Source: a bacterium
Lineage (GTDB): Bacteria > Patescibacteriota > Microgenomatia > UBA1406 > GWC2-37-13
Direction: 5' to 3'
Length of the DNA: 64,000 nucleotides
Assembly (NCBI GenBank): GCA_043798165.1
Contig: JAZDOY010000034.1
Span: 17,778-81,777 of the forward strand
This document shows positions 55,808-64,000 of the stretch, piece by piece. Every line of letters starts with the position of its first letter. Position 1 is the first letter of the stretch. A program made the translations under genes and the position numbers. The notes beneath the pieces are model-generated. The model saw only the letters and a program-made list of their open reading frames with translations. It was not told the origin of the DNA and searched no databases.

Positions 55808-56578
55808 ATGAGTAAACCACAGGGTTGTAATTTTTGTTTAATACCTCAAGAAAAAACTACAGAATCCTTTAAAAAACTGCATGGGGATTTGCTCCATACT
55901 CTCAATATCCCCGGTGTCCCAAATACATTTACTGTTTTACAGGATGTTGTTCCAATTGCAGAACTTGGGGCTCATATTTTATTGATGCCAAATCTCCATG
56001 ATATCTCACTGGCTTCTGTTGCCGATAAAGAAGGCATGTTGGTAGCAAAAGATGCGATTGTTGAAGCCCTACAAAAACATTTTCCTGATAACCCAATTTT
56101 TACCTTTGAACATGGTCCTGGTTTTATCCAGGGGGAATCTATTGCATGTGGCGGGTGTCATATGGATCATGCGCATGGCCATATTATGGTTTTACCAAAA
56201 AAAACATCTTTTGACATGATACAACAACGAATGGAGGAAATTTTAATCCTTAATGGTTGGAAAAATCCGAGATCACATGCAGTAGAATCGATACATATTT
56301 TTACTGACTCCGTTAGCTTTGCTGGAATGCAGCCATATTTGCACATCGGTATGATTTTTCCTGAAGGAAAAACAATATCATACACATATGTTCAAAAATC
56401 AAAATCTTTTAATGTTCCTTCCCAGTTACTGCGGCTCGTTGTTGCAGACGTTGTATACGATCAAAAAGATCCAACATATTGGCATTGGAGAGATGTTGAA
56501 AGTGGATTAACCTCTCCTGACAGAATGCATGAATTAAAAACTAATGTGACCGCTTTTAGAAAGCTTACAGGATTTTAA
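55808..56578 (+). CDS. HIT-superfamily (histidine triad) protein with C-terminal extension
   Basis: Has an N-terminal CNFC, the block AHILLMPNLH, and the histidine triad HAHGHIMVLP. Confidence 0.65.
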   Translation: MSKPQGCNFCLIPQEKTTESFKKLHGDLLHTLNIPGVPNTFTVLQDVVPIAELGAHILLMPNLHDISLASVADKEGMLVAKDAIVEALQKHFPDNPIFTFEHGPGFIQGESIACGGCHMDHAHGHIMVLPKKTSFDMIQQRMEEILILNGWKNPRSHAVESIHIFTDSVSFAGMQPYLHIGMIFPEGKTISYTYVQKSKSFNVPSQLLRLVVADVVYDQKDPTYWHWRDVESGLTSPDRMHELKTNVTAFRKLTGF

Positions 56579-56597
56579 GTGTGTTAAAGTTATACTT

Positions 56598-57890
56598 ATG
56601 AAGTACAAAACGAGAAAAAAAGATCCCGTTGACATCTCGAAACAAAATGATATCCCAGCTTCCCTCCCCGCGCTCACCTATCTTAGTCATCTCTACAACC
56701 TTGAGAAAATACGTCCATTTGATGGTTTGAAGATTTTAGCTGTACAACACCTTCTTGGTTCAACGATTCCCTTTTTTGAAATGCTTGAAAAGGGAGGAGT
56801 GAAGCCACAGGATGTTTATATTGTGGGCAAAGCATATTCATCACATCCAAAAGTTGTAAAGTTGTTGCAAGCTAAGGGATACAATGTCACGTTTGATGAA
56901 GTTTTTGACCATATTGATAATCTGCCATATGACACCACGTTAGAGAAACATATTATTTCTACAGCTAAAAACTTACTCGATAATTTGGGGAAAAAAAGAG
57001 GATTAATAATTGATGATGGAGGAAAAGCAATTCGACTTTTACACCAATTATATCCACAATTAGCAGATAGATTTACCGGTGTAGAACAAACAAGTAGAGG
57101 TGCCCGTTTAGTAAGCACAATTGATCTGAAGTGTCCAATAGTAAATGTTGCCCGAAGTGATGCAAAAACCATCAATGAATCACCCATGATTGCAAAATCA
57201 ATGGTGGATGAATTTGTTACCTCCTTAATAAGATGGGATGCAAGCGGTGTCTTCAAAGCAAAAGGTAATAATATGCTTTTATTAGGCTATGGTTATATTG
57301 GAGAGCAAGTAGCAAAAAAGATGAAAAATTATGACTTCAATGTTACCGTTTATGATCCAGATAGTAATAAATTAAAGAAAGCGATGGATGATGGATATGT
57401 AACAGTTTCAATCAGAGCAAATGCATATGACAAAGCACATATTATTGTTGGAGCATCGGGTACACAAGTGATTCCACATGAAGAATACAATGCTCTTGCC
57501 AAAGGCACATTACTAGTCAACATGGCATCGACAGACACTGAATTTAGTGCGTGGAATTTAAGACCACAAGGAAAAATCGTTGATCAATGTATACTGCCTA
57601 GTGATAAACAATATCTAAGCACTTATATGCCATTGCCGTGGCGTTCTTTATACAAAATTCAGTTATCTCAAACCTATTTTTATCTGGCAAATGGAGGATT
57701 TCCGAGCGACTTTTCCGGAAAAATAAATCCCATTCCATCAGAAGATATTCAACTTACTTCAGCGCTGCTACTAGGAGGAGCCATTCAATCGACACAAGCG
57801 CGCAAACCACTGTTTTATGATTTAGACTTGGATCTACAAAATAACGTTATTTCCGAATATAACAGATTAAAAAGTGTGAGAACGAAATAG
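56598..57890 (+). CDS. divergent S-adenosyl-L-homocysteine hydrolase-family protein
   Basis: Blocks align with SAHH. DDGGKAI aligns with DDGGD. GVEQTSRGARL aligns with GxSEETTTGVxRL. PIVNVARSDAKT aligns with PAINVNDSVTKS. The NAD Rossmann motif is LLLGYGYIGEQVA. Confidence 0.65.
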   Translation: MKYKTRKKDPVDISKQNDIPASLPALTYLSHLYNLEKIRPFDGLKILAVQHLLGSTIPFFEMLEKGGVKPQDVYIVGKAYSSHPKVVKLLQAKGYNVTFDEVFDHIDNLPYDTTLEKHIISTAKNLLDNLGKKRGLIIDDGGKAIRLLHQLYPQLADRFTGVEQTSRGARLVSTIDLKCPIVNVARSDAKTINESPMIAKSMVDEFVTSLIRWDASGVFKAKGNNMLLLGYGYIGEQVAKKMKNYDFNVTVYDPDSNKLKKAMDDGYVTVSIRANAYDKAHIIVGASGTQVIPHEEYNALAKGTLLVNMASTDTEFSAWNLRPQGKIVDQCILPSDKQYLSTYMPLPWRSLYKIQLSQTYFYLANGGFPSDFSGKINPIPSEDIQLTSALLLGGAIQSTQARKPLFYDLDLDLQNNVISEYNRLKSVRTK

Positions 57891-57894
57891 AATT

Positions 57895-58383
57895 TTATGA
57901 AAAATGACGACGAAACTCTTGATATGCTAATACGGCCTCTCTTACATTTGCGTCTTGAATTGCAGTTAATGCTTCTTGGGGAAGTACCCATTTATACGCA
58001 TCTTGCTCTTGTTCCCCCTCCTCATGTTTACCTAAAACAATTTTTTGATCATCTGGGCAAGAACAGTAAAAATTAACCCCAAAATGTGGTTTTTTATCAA
58101 CTCCGTGTTCAAAATAAAATGTTCGATAAGGGGCAATAACATCCACCCGGAGACCAACCTCTTCCTCTACCTCCCTTTTCAGTGCCTCAATCATATCTGT
58201 TTCTCCTTGGTTAATCCTTCCCGTAACAAGTTCCCATTCCCCCGGTCTATGAATGTGGTGAATGGAGCGTCTTGTTATTAATATTTCACCACGAGAATTT
58301 TCTATAATTGCAGAAACCGCAACATTAAATAGCCCTACTTCTGGTTTCAGTATTCCTGATTTATATAGAGCTTCTGGTTTCAT
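57895..58383 (-). CDS. NUDIX hydrolase
   Basis: Has the Nudix box GRINQGETDMIEALKREVEEEVGL. The start was set to the internal MKPEAL to reduce overlap with sufU. Confidence 0.8.
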   Translation of the reverse strand: MKPEALYKSGILKPEVGLFNVAVSAIIENSRGEILITRRSIHHIHRPGEWELVTGRINQGETDMIEALKREVEEEVGLRVDVIAPYRTFYFEHGVDKKPHFGVNFYCSCPDDQKIVLGKHEEGEQEQDAYKWVLPQEALTAIQDANVREAVLAYQEFRRHFS

Positions 58384-58747
58384 ATGCTTGAATTCCTTTT
58401 TGTATCGCCTTGTAGGGAAGTAACGCACACTTTGTTCTTCCTGAAATATAATTTGGCGGGAGAAGCGATAAAAACGCCTCTTCAGTAATTTTTTTTATTT
58501 CATCAATGTGTTTACCTTTAATACTGTCAAAAAAAATAGATGAAGCGGCTTTTGCGATAACACAACTATAACTTGTAAATAAAAGATTTGAGATTGTTGA
58601 ATTTGATAAGACAACTGTCAGATGAATCTTGTCACCGCAGAGTGGATTTAGCTCTTCAATATCAATGTCTGGAGAAGAAAGAGCACCATAATTACGAGGT
58701 AGTTTCCAATGATCCATTATGATATCGCTATATAATTTATTACTCAT
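58361..58747 (-). CDS. sufU: SufU/IscU-type Fe-S cluster scaffold or sulfur acceptor
   Basis: Has NPLCGDKIHL, and later Cys residues in SYSCVIAKA and GRTKCALL. It lies directly downstream of sufS. Confidence 0.8.
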   Translation of the reverse strand: MSNKLYSDIIMDHWKLPRNYGALSSPDIDIEELNPLCGDKIHLTVVLSNSTISNLLFTSYSCVIAKAASSIFFDSIKGKHIDEIKKITEEAFLSLLPPNYISGRTKCALLPYKAIQKGIQAYETRSSI

Positions 58748-58750
58748 ATC

Positions 58751-59989
58751 TTATACACGTAACATTTTTTTTGCATTAATAAGCTTTTTAAATAGCGTGG
58801 TAAGATCGCTTTCTTCATTGTAGATATAACATGATGCTCTTGTTGTTGCAAATGTTCCTAAAATACTCATTAGTGTTTGTGCACAGTGATTTCCGGAGCG
58901 AACACAAATTCCGGATTGATCTAAGATTTGCGCAATATCATGTGGATGTATGCCATTAATGGCAAAAGAAAATATTGCTAAACGATTATCTTCAGTTTTT
59001 GGACCATAAAGAGTAAAATCTTTTTCTTGTTGAAACAGTTTTAAACCATGCTTGACAAGTTTTTTGTCATGATTTTCAACTGCGTCCATTCCTATTGATT
59101 CCAAATATGATATAGCTGCACCTAAGCCAACTACAGCTTCAAGTTTTCCAGTTCCTACCTCAAACTTATCCGGAACATCCGCAAAATCAGTTTTCTCTTT
59201 CGTTACCTTACCTACCATGTGACTACCAACAAAAAGTGGATCCATAACTTCCAACAATTCTTTTTTTGCCCATAATACCCCAACACCACTGGGACCAAGC
59301 ATTTTATGAGACGAAAATGCTAAAAAATCACAATTCAACATTTGAACATCAATCTTCATATGTGGAACCGTTTGTGCTGCATCAACAAGTACCTTTGCCT
59401 GTATTCCCTCTTTTTTCAAAAATGCAACAATTTCTCCTATGGGGTTTATGGTTCCAAGCACATTAGATCCATGTACGATGCTTACAAGTTTTACTTTCTT
59501 AAGATCGATATTTGCCGAAAGAAGAGCCTGGTAATCAAGTCGATAATCTTGGTCAAGGGGTAAAAAATAAAGCACTATCCCTATTTCATCACGAAGACGT
59601 TGCCAAGGAATGACATTTGCATGGTGTTCCATGTCAGTAATAACAACGACATCTCCCTTTTGGAGAAACTTTTTTGCCCACCCTGTGGCAACTAAATTTA
59701 TTGCCTCATTGGTGTTTCCGGTAAAAACAATCTCAGATGAAGAAGAGGCGTTAAGAAATTTTGCCACCTTTGTTCGGACATCTTCATAAGCTGTAGTTGC
59801 TTCGTCTGCAAGTTTATAAATCCCACGATGGATATTAGCATTGGTCGTCTCATAGAATCTGCTTACGGCATCTATTACCGTTTTAGGTTTTTGACTTGTT
59901 GCTCCGGTATCCAAATAAATGAAAGGTCCATTTTTCTTGCGATTAGCAAAAATTGGAAAGTCTTTTTGTATATTCTTTGCGTTGAGCAT
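58751..59989 (-). CDS. sufS: cysteine desulfurase, SufS type
   Basis: Has the PLP Lys block FSSHKMLGPSGVGVL and the catalytic Cys loop VRSGNHCAQ. Confidence 0.92.
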   Translation of the reverse strand: MLNAKNIQKDFPIFANRKKNGPFIYLDTGATSQKPKTVIDAVSRFYETTNANIHRGIYKLADEATTAYEDVRTKVAKFLNASSSSEIVFTGNTNEAINLVATGWAKKFLQKGDVVVITDMEHHANVIPWQRLRDEIGIVLYFLPLDQDYRLDYQALLSANIDLKKVKLVSIVHGSNVLGTINPIGEIVAFLKKEGIQAKVLVDAAQTVPHMKIDVQMLNCDFLAFSSHKMLGPSGVGVLWAKKELLEVMDPLFVGSHMVGKVTKEKTDFADVPDKFEVGTGKLEAVVGLGAAISYLESIGMDAVENHDKKLVKHGLKLFQQEKDFTLYGPKTEDNRLAIFSFAINGIHPHDIAQILDQSGICVRSGNHCAQTLMSILGTFATTRASCYIYNEESDLTTLFKKLINAKKMLRV

Positions 59990-60180
59990 AGTTATATATC
60001 AACTACTTCAGCATATTATTAATGTTGAGCAACTCTATTATTATAACAAAAAAACATATAAATAACCAGCGCAAATACATATCCGGTATAGCTTTTATAA
60101 AGCCATGTTTGAGGTTGTTTTAAGAGAGATCAGTCATCTATATAATGTCAACGCCTCTATTTCATTTTTATTGAACATAA

Positions 60181-60915
60181 TCACACTGCCTTTAAGTGAG
60201 TTCCCCTTATCCTTCCAGTGTCCAAATAGTATTTTAAATTTCCTAATTCTTCACCATTAAGACACACGAAATCTATTTTAGCAGACATAGCCGCTTTTGC
60301 AGCTACTGGATCTACTGGAAAATTAAGACCGGGAGAATATTTTAAAGTATCAAAAATTTCAAAAAACCGTTGCCAAGTCATGTTTTTAATTGGTCGTGAC
60401 AAATCTGGCGTACCGTCCTGACATGGCCAAAAAAGGAAAGAAGTTTTACTGAGGTTAATTACCACACCAATCTGTTGTTCTTCAGCGATTTTAACAGCCA
60501 CGAAATCAGTAGTATGACCAGGACCATCCCCCGCAGTCACCCACACCCGATGATTTTTTTTACACTTTGACATATCCCGTCGCGATCTTACATATTTTGC
60601 ATCAACATCTGCCTCTACCAATCGTGCGGCGACTTCTCGTGCATTAACACGTGTTTGTTCAATAGCCAACCTATCTAAGGCGTCGTCATTGGTTACGCCT
60701 TGAGATATGGCAAGAGTTATGGCGGCTCGAGCCAAAAGACCTCCTCCGCAAACAACAAATGCTGCAGAATCAGGAAGTCTAGAACATTCTTTAAGAAGGG
60801 AGGCAAATTCACCAAGAAAGGGAGTATTAAAAGTAATGGGACCTGTACCACTTTGTCTGTCTATTATTGATCCCCCGACACTTAACACCATTCGTGGAGG
60901 TCCCTCTGCTTTCAT
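60181..60915 (-). CDS. second amino-acid-kinase fold paralog (UMP kinase-like), function unknown
   Basis: It aligns block by block with ORF 54740-55441. The matched blocks are SVGGS, VCGGG/VVGGG, NDDALDRLAIEQTRVNA/NDDLDWLAIHITRVNA, TTDFVAV/STDYDAV and SPGLNFPVDPVAAK/TPGLNLPFDPIATK. The start may be the MVLSVGG Met at 60891. Confidence 0.65.
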   Translation of the reverse strand: MKAEGPPRMVLSVGGSIIDRQSGTGPITFNTPFLGEFASLLKECSRLPDSAAFVVCGGGLLARAAITLAISQGVTNDDALDRLAIEQTRVNAREVAARLVEADVDAKYVRSRRDMSKCKKNHRVWVTAGDGPGHTTDFVAVKIAEEQQIGVVINLSKTSFLFWPCQDGTPDLSRPIKNMTWQRFFEIFDTLKYSPGLNFPVDPVAAKAAMSAKIDFVCLNGEELGNLKYYLDTGRIRGTHLKAV

Positions 60916-61016
60916 ATGTGTACATGAGGCATAAATAACGAAGACAGGAAATTATCAATTAAATTCATTCTATATCGGAGTATATCATGGAAGAAGGAGA
61001 AAATCAACAATTCCCG

Positions 61017-62453
61017 TTATTTTGCTTCAATTGTTCTTCTGCGCACCTGATTTCCTATTTGACGTAAGTCAGTAAGTAATCTGAGCTCGTTTTGAAGGGG
61101 AACCGCACTAATTTGACTTATTGGGTAATAATCTTTTGCTCCCCGACCAACTAACGTATCTGTGTCATCTCTGAGCTCATATTTTAGCAGTTCTTCTGCC
61201 GTTCTCCCCCCCGCGATCAACCTGTTCCAATCTGTTGTTCCCGGATAGGGTCGATATTTATAAGCTGATACAGTAAGCTTCCCCCCTTGTTGTTCGGCTA
61301 AGGCATGAATTTCCTGTGCAAAGGATAGTGTCCGTTTCATTTCCTCTTCCGTTTCGTTTGGAAATCCCAACATGAAGTAAGCCAAAACATCTATTTTCCG
61401 AGAAATGAGCCGAACAATTGAAGTTCTCACCTGCTCCATAGTTATGTGTTTATTTATTTCTTTTAATGCTGCATCAGATCCTCTTTCTACTCCCATAAAA
61501 ATTTTTGAGGCGCCGCTTAAGGCTAAAATATCCAAAACGTCTTCAGAAAGATTTTGGATTATATTTGCTCGGCCATTTGCCCTCCAACTAAATCCTGTTT
61601 CTTTGCTGATACCCCGCCTCATCAATTCCTCAAAAATCCCCCTGATTCTTTTTTCCGATATTAGCGCAAGATCATCTTCAAATTTAATGTCACGGACTCC
61701 CTCTTTGTATAATTCTTCTATTTCTTCAACAATTGACTGAGGAGATCTTTGCCTCACCTTGTTTCCCCGTCCTTGTCTTGCCCCGGCGCAAAATGTACAA
61801 TCCATAGGGCATGATCGCGATCCAAGCACACATGCGCGAACAACACCATCCTTCCCAACAAAGGGATGATTAGGCACATATCTTCTATCGAGGCGTAATG
61901 TATCCAAGTCTGCCACGATCCATTCAGGGCTTATTGTATTGTCAGGGTTGTGAACAATTTGATCTCCTTCTCTATATGAGAGGCCTGGGATCTGTTTTTT
62001 TGGTATATCCTGTAGTAAAGCTGCAACCTTCTTCTCACCCTCTCCCCTTACTAATACACTGTTCTTAAATGTAGGATGACGTAACACGTCTTCAGGAAGA
62101 GTTGTTGCATGGGGACCTCCGATCATGATTTTTATAGACGGATCAATAAGATCAACTAACTGTCTTGTGAGATCCGCATTGGCAGTGAATATGTTGATTC
62201 CGCACCATTTGGGCTTGATTCTATTTACCTCTCGTGCTATGGCTTCAATTGAGGCCTGGTCAGCTTCACCGTCGGTGACGGCAACGCGTTTACCAATAGA
62301 GTGAGCATAAGAAGCGATGTAGCTCAAACCAAGTGGCACATGATACGCTTGTTCATGTGATTGCCCCTCCGTATCGGAGTAGGGGTATAGAGGCGTGTTT
62401 ATTAAAACAAGCTCAGGATTTTCATCTCCACAAAATCGTAATTGATTTGACAT
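61017..62453 (-). CDS. B12-binding-domain radical SAM enzyme (class B-like)
   Basis: Has an N-terminal Rossmann-like cobalamin-binding-type domain followed by the radical SAM cluster motif CPMDCTFCAG (CxxxCxxC). 478 aa. Confidence 0.8.
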   Translation of the reverse strand: MSNQLRFCGDENPELVLINTPLYPYSDTEGQSHEQAYHVPLGLSYIASYAHSIGKRVAVTDGEADQASIEAIAREVNRIKPKWCGINIFTANADLTRQLVDLIDPSIKIMIGGPHATTLPEDVLRHPTFKNSVLVRGEGEKKVAALLQDIPKKQIPGLSYREGDQIVHNPDNTISPEWIVADLDTLRLDRRYVPNHPFVGKDGVVRACVLGSRSCPMDCTFCAGARQGRGNKVRQRSPQSIVEEIEELYKEGVRDIKFEDDLALISEKRIRGIFEELMRRGISKETGFSWRANGRANIIQNLSEDVLDILALSGASKIFMGVERGSDAALKEINKHITMEQVRTSIVRLISRKIDVLAYFMLGFPNETEEEMKRTLSFAQEIHALAEQQGGKLTVSAYKYRPYPGTTDWNRLIAGGRTAEELLKYELRDDTDTLVGRGAKDYYPISQISAVPLQNELRLLTDLRQIGNQVRRRTIEAK

Positions 62454-62480
62454 ATGTTAAAACAACAGCATTAATATGCT

Positions 62481-62513
62481 AATTATCAATATAAATTATT
62501 GATATTGATAATT
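62481..62513. promoter_or_regulatory. operator-like perfect 12-bp inverted repeat in divergent promoter region
   Basis: AATTATCAATAT (62481-62492) and ATATTGATAATT (62502-62513) form the repeat. The half-site AATTATCAAT recurs at 60950-60959, upstream of the kinase-like gene. Confidence 0.45.
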
Positions 62514-62601
62514 CATATATAATGCCTTATAATAATAACTATTATATCATAATATACATATAAAATATATATGTATTTATCGATAAAGCTAAAAAAAGTA
62601 T

Positions 62602-63519
62602 ATGGCACTATTATCAGAAATCACGCGACCAGATTTGCTTACGAGTATCGTAACTGACGCCAGAATAATGGCAAACAGGCAGCATGTTATTGATCCCGAA
62701 AAAGCGTGTGCAGTAAGATCATTGGTTGATTCCCGTTTTATTCAACCTTGGAAAGAGGCCAAACGAAGATTACCGTATCTAGAGCATATGCAACTGGGAA
62801 TTTACGGCTCATTTGTGTATGGAGACCCATCTGTTGTTCCCCATGACATTGATTTGGCTGTAGGTGTTTCTGACGAATTGTTGCCACACCTACCAGAAAT
62901 ATTGGACAGGTTAGAGAACGAAGGACCTTCATATATGAGGTTATCCATGGGTGATAAAGACTTGGTAGTTACAACCTTACAAAATCCACAACCGGCGGAA
63001 ATACATCTTGCTGATACTGCAGAAGCAGCGGTGGATAGCACGTTCTATCACTTAAAGTGGATGAGAAATTCAGACATAATTGCAGCTTCAAGTATTGAAG
63101 CGCCAAACTATGACTATTTCAAATATGTTAGACCGTCATATTATGAAGGTATGCATAATGAAATGGTCACTCCAACGAAGTTGCTTGACGGAACGTTATT
63201 CAAGGGTCCCATAACAAAGGAGGACGTTAGTTCCACCGTTCAAAGAATTGTCTATCCACGTCATTATTGGGAGAAAGACGGACGTGTCCATATTGCAGTA
63301 CCTCGCCTTTACCATTCGCTTGTAGCAGCCACATCCACCATGGAGGGGGAAACGATATGGGACGAAGCTCAGAGGCGCACAGTAGCAAGTATGGCGCATC
63401 TACTTAAAACTTACTACGGCATTCATGATAGAGACTCTATTTTTATTGCCTTTCAAAGAGCAATGATAAAGATGTATCCGGATAAATATCTAGCAAAGCT
63501 TTACAGTCAACTGCCATAA
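62602..63519 (+). CDS. Pol-beta-superfamily nucleotidyltransferase-like protein, function unknown
   Basis: GIYGSFVYGD ... HDIDLAV fits the G-S ... D-x-D minimal NTase motif. The remaining 200 aa or so are unrecognised. Confidence 0.5.
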   Translation: MALLSEITRPDLLTSIVTDARIMANRQHVIDPEKACAVRSLVDSRFIQPWKEAKRRLPYLEHMQLGIYGSFVYGDPSVVPHDIDLAVGVSDELLPHLPEILDRLENEGPSYMRLSMGDKDLVVTTLQNPQPAEIHLADTAEAAVDSTFYHLKWMRNSDIIAASSIEAPNYDYFKYVRPSYYEGMHNEMVTPTKLLDGTLFKGPITKEDVSSTVQRIVYPRHYWEKDGRVHIAVPRLYHSLVAATSTMEGETIWDEAQRRTVASMAHLLKTYYGIHDRDSIFIAFQRAMIKMYPDKYLAKLYSQLP

Positions 63520-63646
63520 CTTCAGAACATAAGCCTCACTGTTCTTTTTTCCAATGTGTGGCAGTATGAGTGTAAATGAACAAGGTAAGCAGAAAATAAA
63601 TAACTTTATGGTAGAATGAACTCAACAAAATTCTTGTGTTTTAAAT

Positions 63647-63763
63647 ATGTGCACCATCTGGGACGATGTTAGAACCTATTTAACCTCTCAAATCGATCCT
63701 AAAGAAAAAGCTAATCTTATAGCCTCTATCTCCCATCTTAAACAAAAGGAGGGAAAGCCATGA
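63647..63763 (+). CDS. 38-aa mini-ORF translationally coupled to downstream PLD-like gene (speculative)
   Basis: The ATG is at 63647 and the stop TGA at 63761-63763 overlaps the next ATG (ATGA). An extended -10 element, TGgTAGAAT, lies at 63609-63617. Confidence 0.3.
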   Translation: MCTIWDDVRTYLTSQIDPKEKANLIASISHLKQKEGKP

Positions 63764-64000
63764 ACTGGTTCAAAAGATCGAACGATTCTAGCAATATATC
63801 CTCAGACTTAGTAACTTCTATTTTATATGATGAGGTAACTTTTTACAATCAGTTTATCCTGGATTTAACGGCTGTTTCTAGCGAAGTTATTATCGAAAGT
63901 CCTTTCATTTCAAGCAATAGAATGAGAAGACTTCGACCTATTTTTGAAAAATTGATAAACAAGGGAATAAAAGTCTTTATTATGACCCGCGATCCTAAAG
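63760..64000 (+). CDS. partial ORF (5' end), PLD/Nuc-superfamily-like N-terminus (tentative)
   Basis: The frame is open to the window end. SEVIIESPFISSNRMRRLRPIFEKLINKGIKVFIMTRDP resembles the start of PLD-like nuclease domains. The HxK motif would lie beyond the window and is not seen. Confidence 0.4.
   Translation, partial: MNWFKRSNDSSNISSDLVTSILYDEVTFYNQFILDLTAVSSEVIIESPFISSNRMRRLRPIFEKLINKGIKVFIMTRDPK

Noticed and set aside
1-64000. CRISPR arrays, rRNA genes, transposases, integrases or prophage blocks.
   Set aside because: No regularly spaced direct repeats were found, no rRNA-like conserved stretches, and no ORF with DDE, tyrosine or serine recombinase or phage structural motifs. No mobile element is therefore called, even though the ATP-grasp island is compositionally odd.
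1-64000. Alternative genetic code (UGA recoding, as in some candidate phyla).
   Set aside because: Conserved genes such as carB, dnaB, pepA and sufS are full length and uninterrupted under the standard code.

Overview
This is a densely coding bacterial window with low to moderate GC, and it reads cleanly with the standard genetic code. Gene content suggests an uncultivated small-genome bacterium of the CPR/Patescibacteria type, but this is inference only. Supporting traits are many membrane-anchored orphan proteins, a DUF2207-type protein, archaeal-type UMP kinase-like genes and a membrane-anchored double AAA+ Clp-like ATPase.

Recognisable core features:
- Replicative helicase DnaB.
- A complete de novo pyrimidine operon, pyrB-carA-carB-pyrC-pyrD-[SIS/PHI-like]-pyrE-pyrF.
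- udk, pepA, yebC, greA, ferritin, sufS-sufU, suhB-like, DsbA-like and a Kef-type antiporter.
- Glycosylation genes: two GT4 glycosyltransferases, a GT-C-like membrane enzyme and methyltransferases.
- Four tRNAs: His-GUG, Leu-CAA, Val-UAC and Ile-GAU.

No rRNA, CRISPR array, transposase or integrase was seen.

Most interesting unexplained content:
1. A tRNA-flanked, AT-rich trio of paralogous ATP-grasp ligases, bracketed by an M14 carboxypeptidase-like gene and the M17 aminopeptidase (23.6-30.4 kb).
2. Two ORF-free regions of about 1 kb (43.3-44.35 kb and 48.7-49.6 kb). The first is packed with nested inverted repeats.
3. A cluster of a B12-binding radical SAM enzyme, a second UMP-kinase-like paralog and a Pol-beta-type nucleotidyltransferase that share a repeated operator-like 10-mer. 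A mini-ORF and a PLD-like gene follow it (60.2-64.0 kb).
4. A tRNA-Leu 5' fragment duplicate split by an 87-nt GC-rich hairpin insert.
5. Several unusual fusions or contexts: DNPH1-like/thymidylate kinase, CBS/HPF-like, and HIT plus a SAHH-like enzyme.

All functional calls come from motif recognition by eye. No database search was run.
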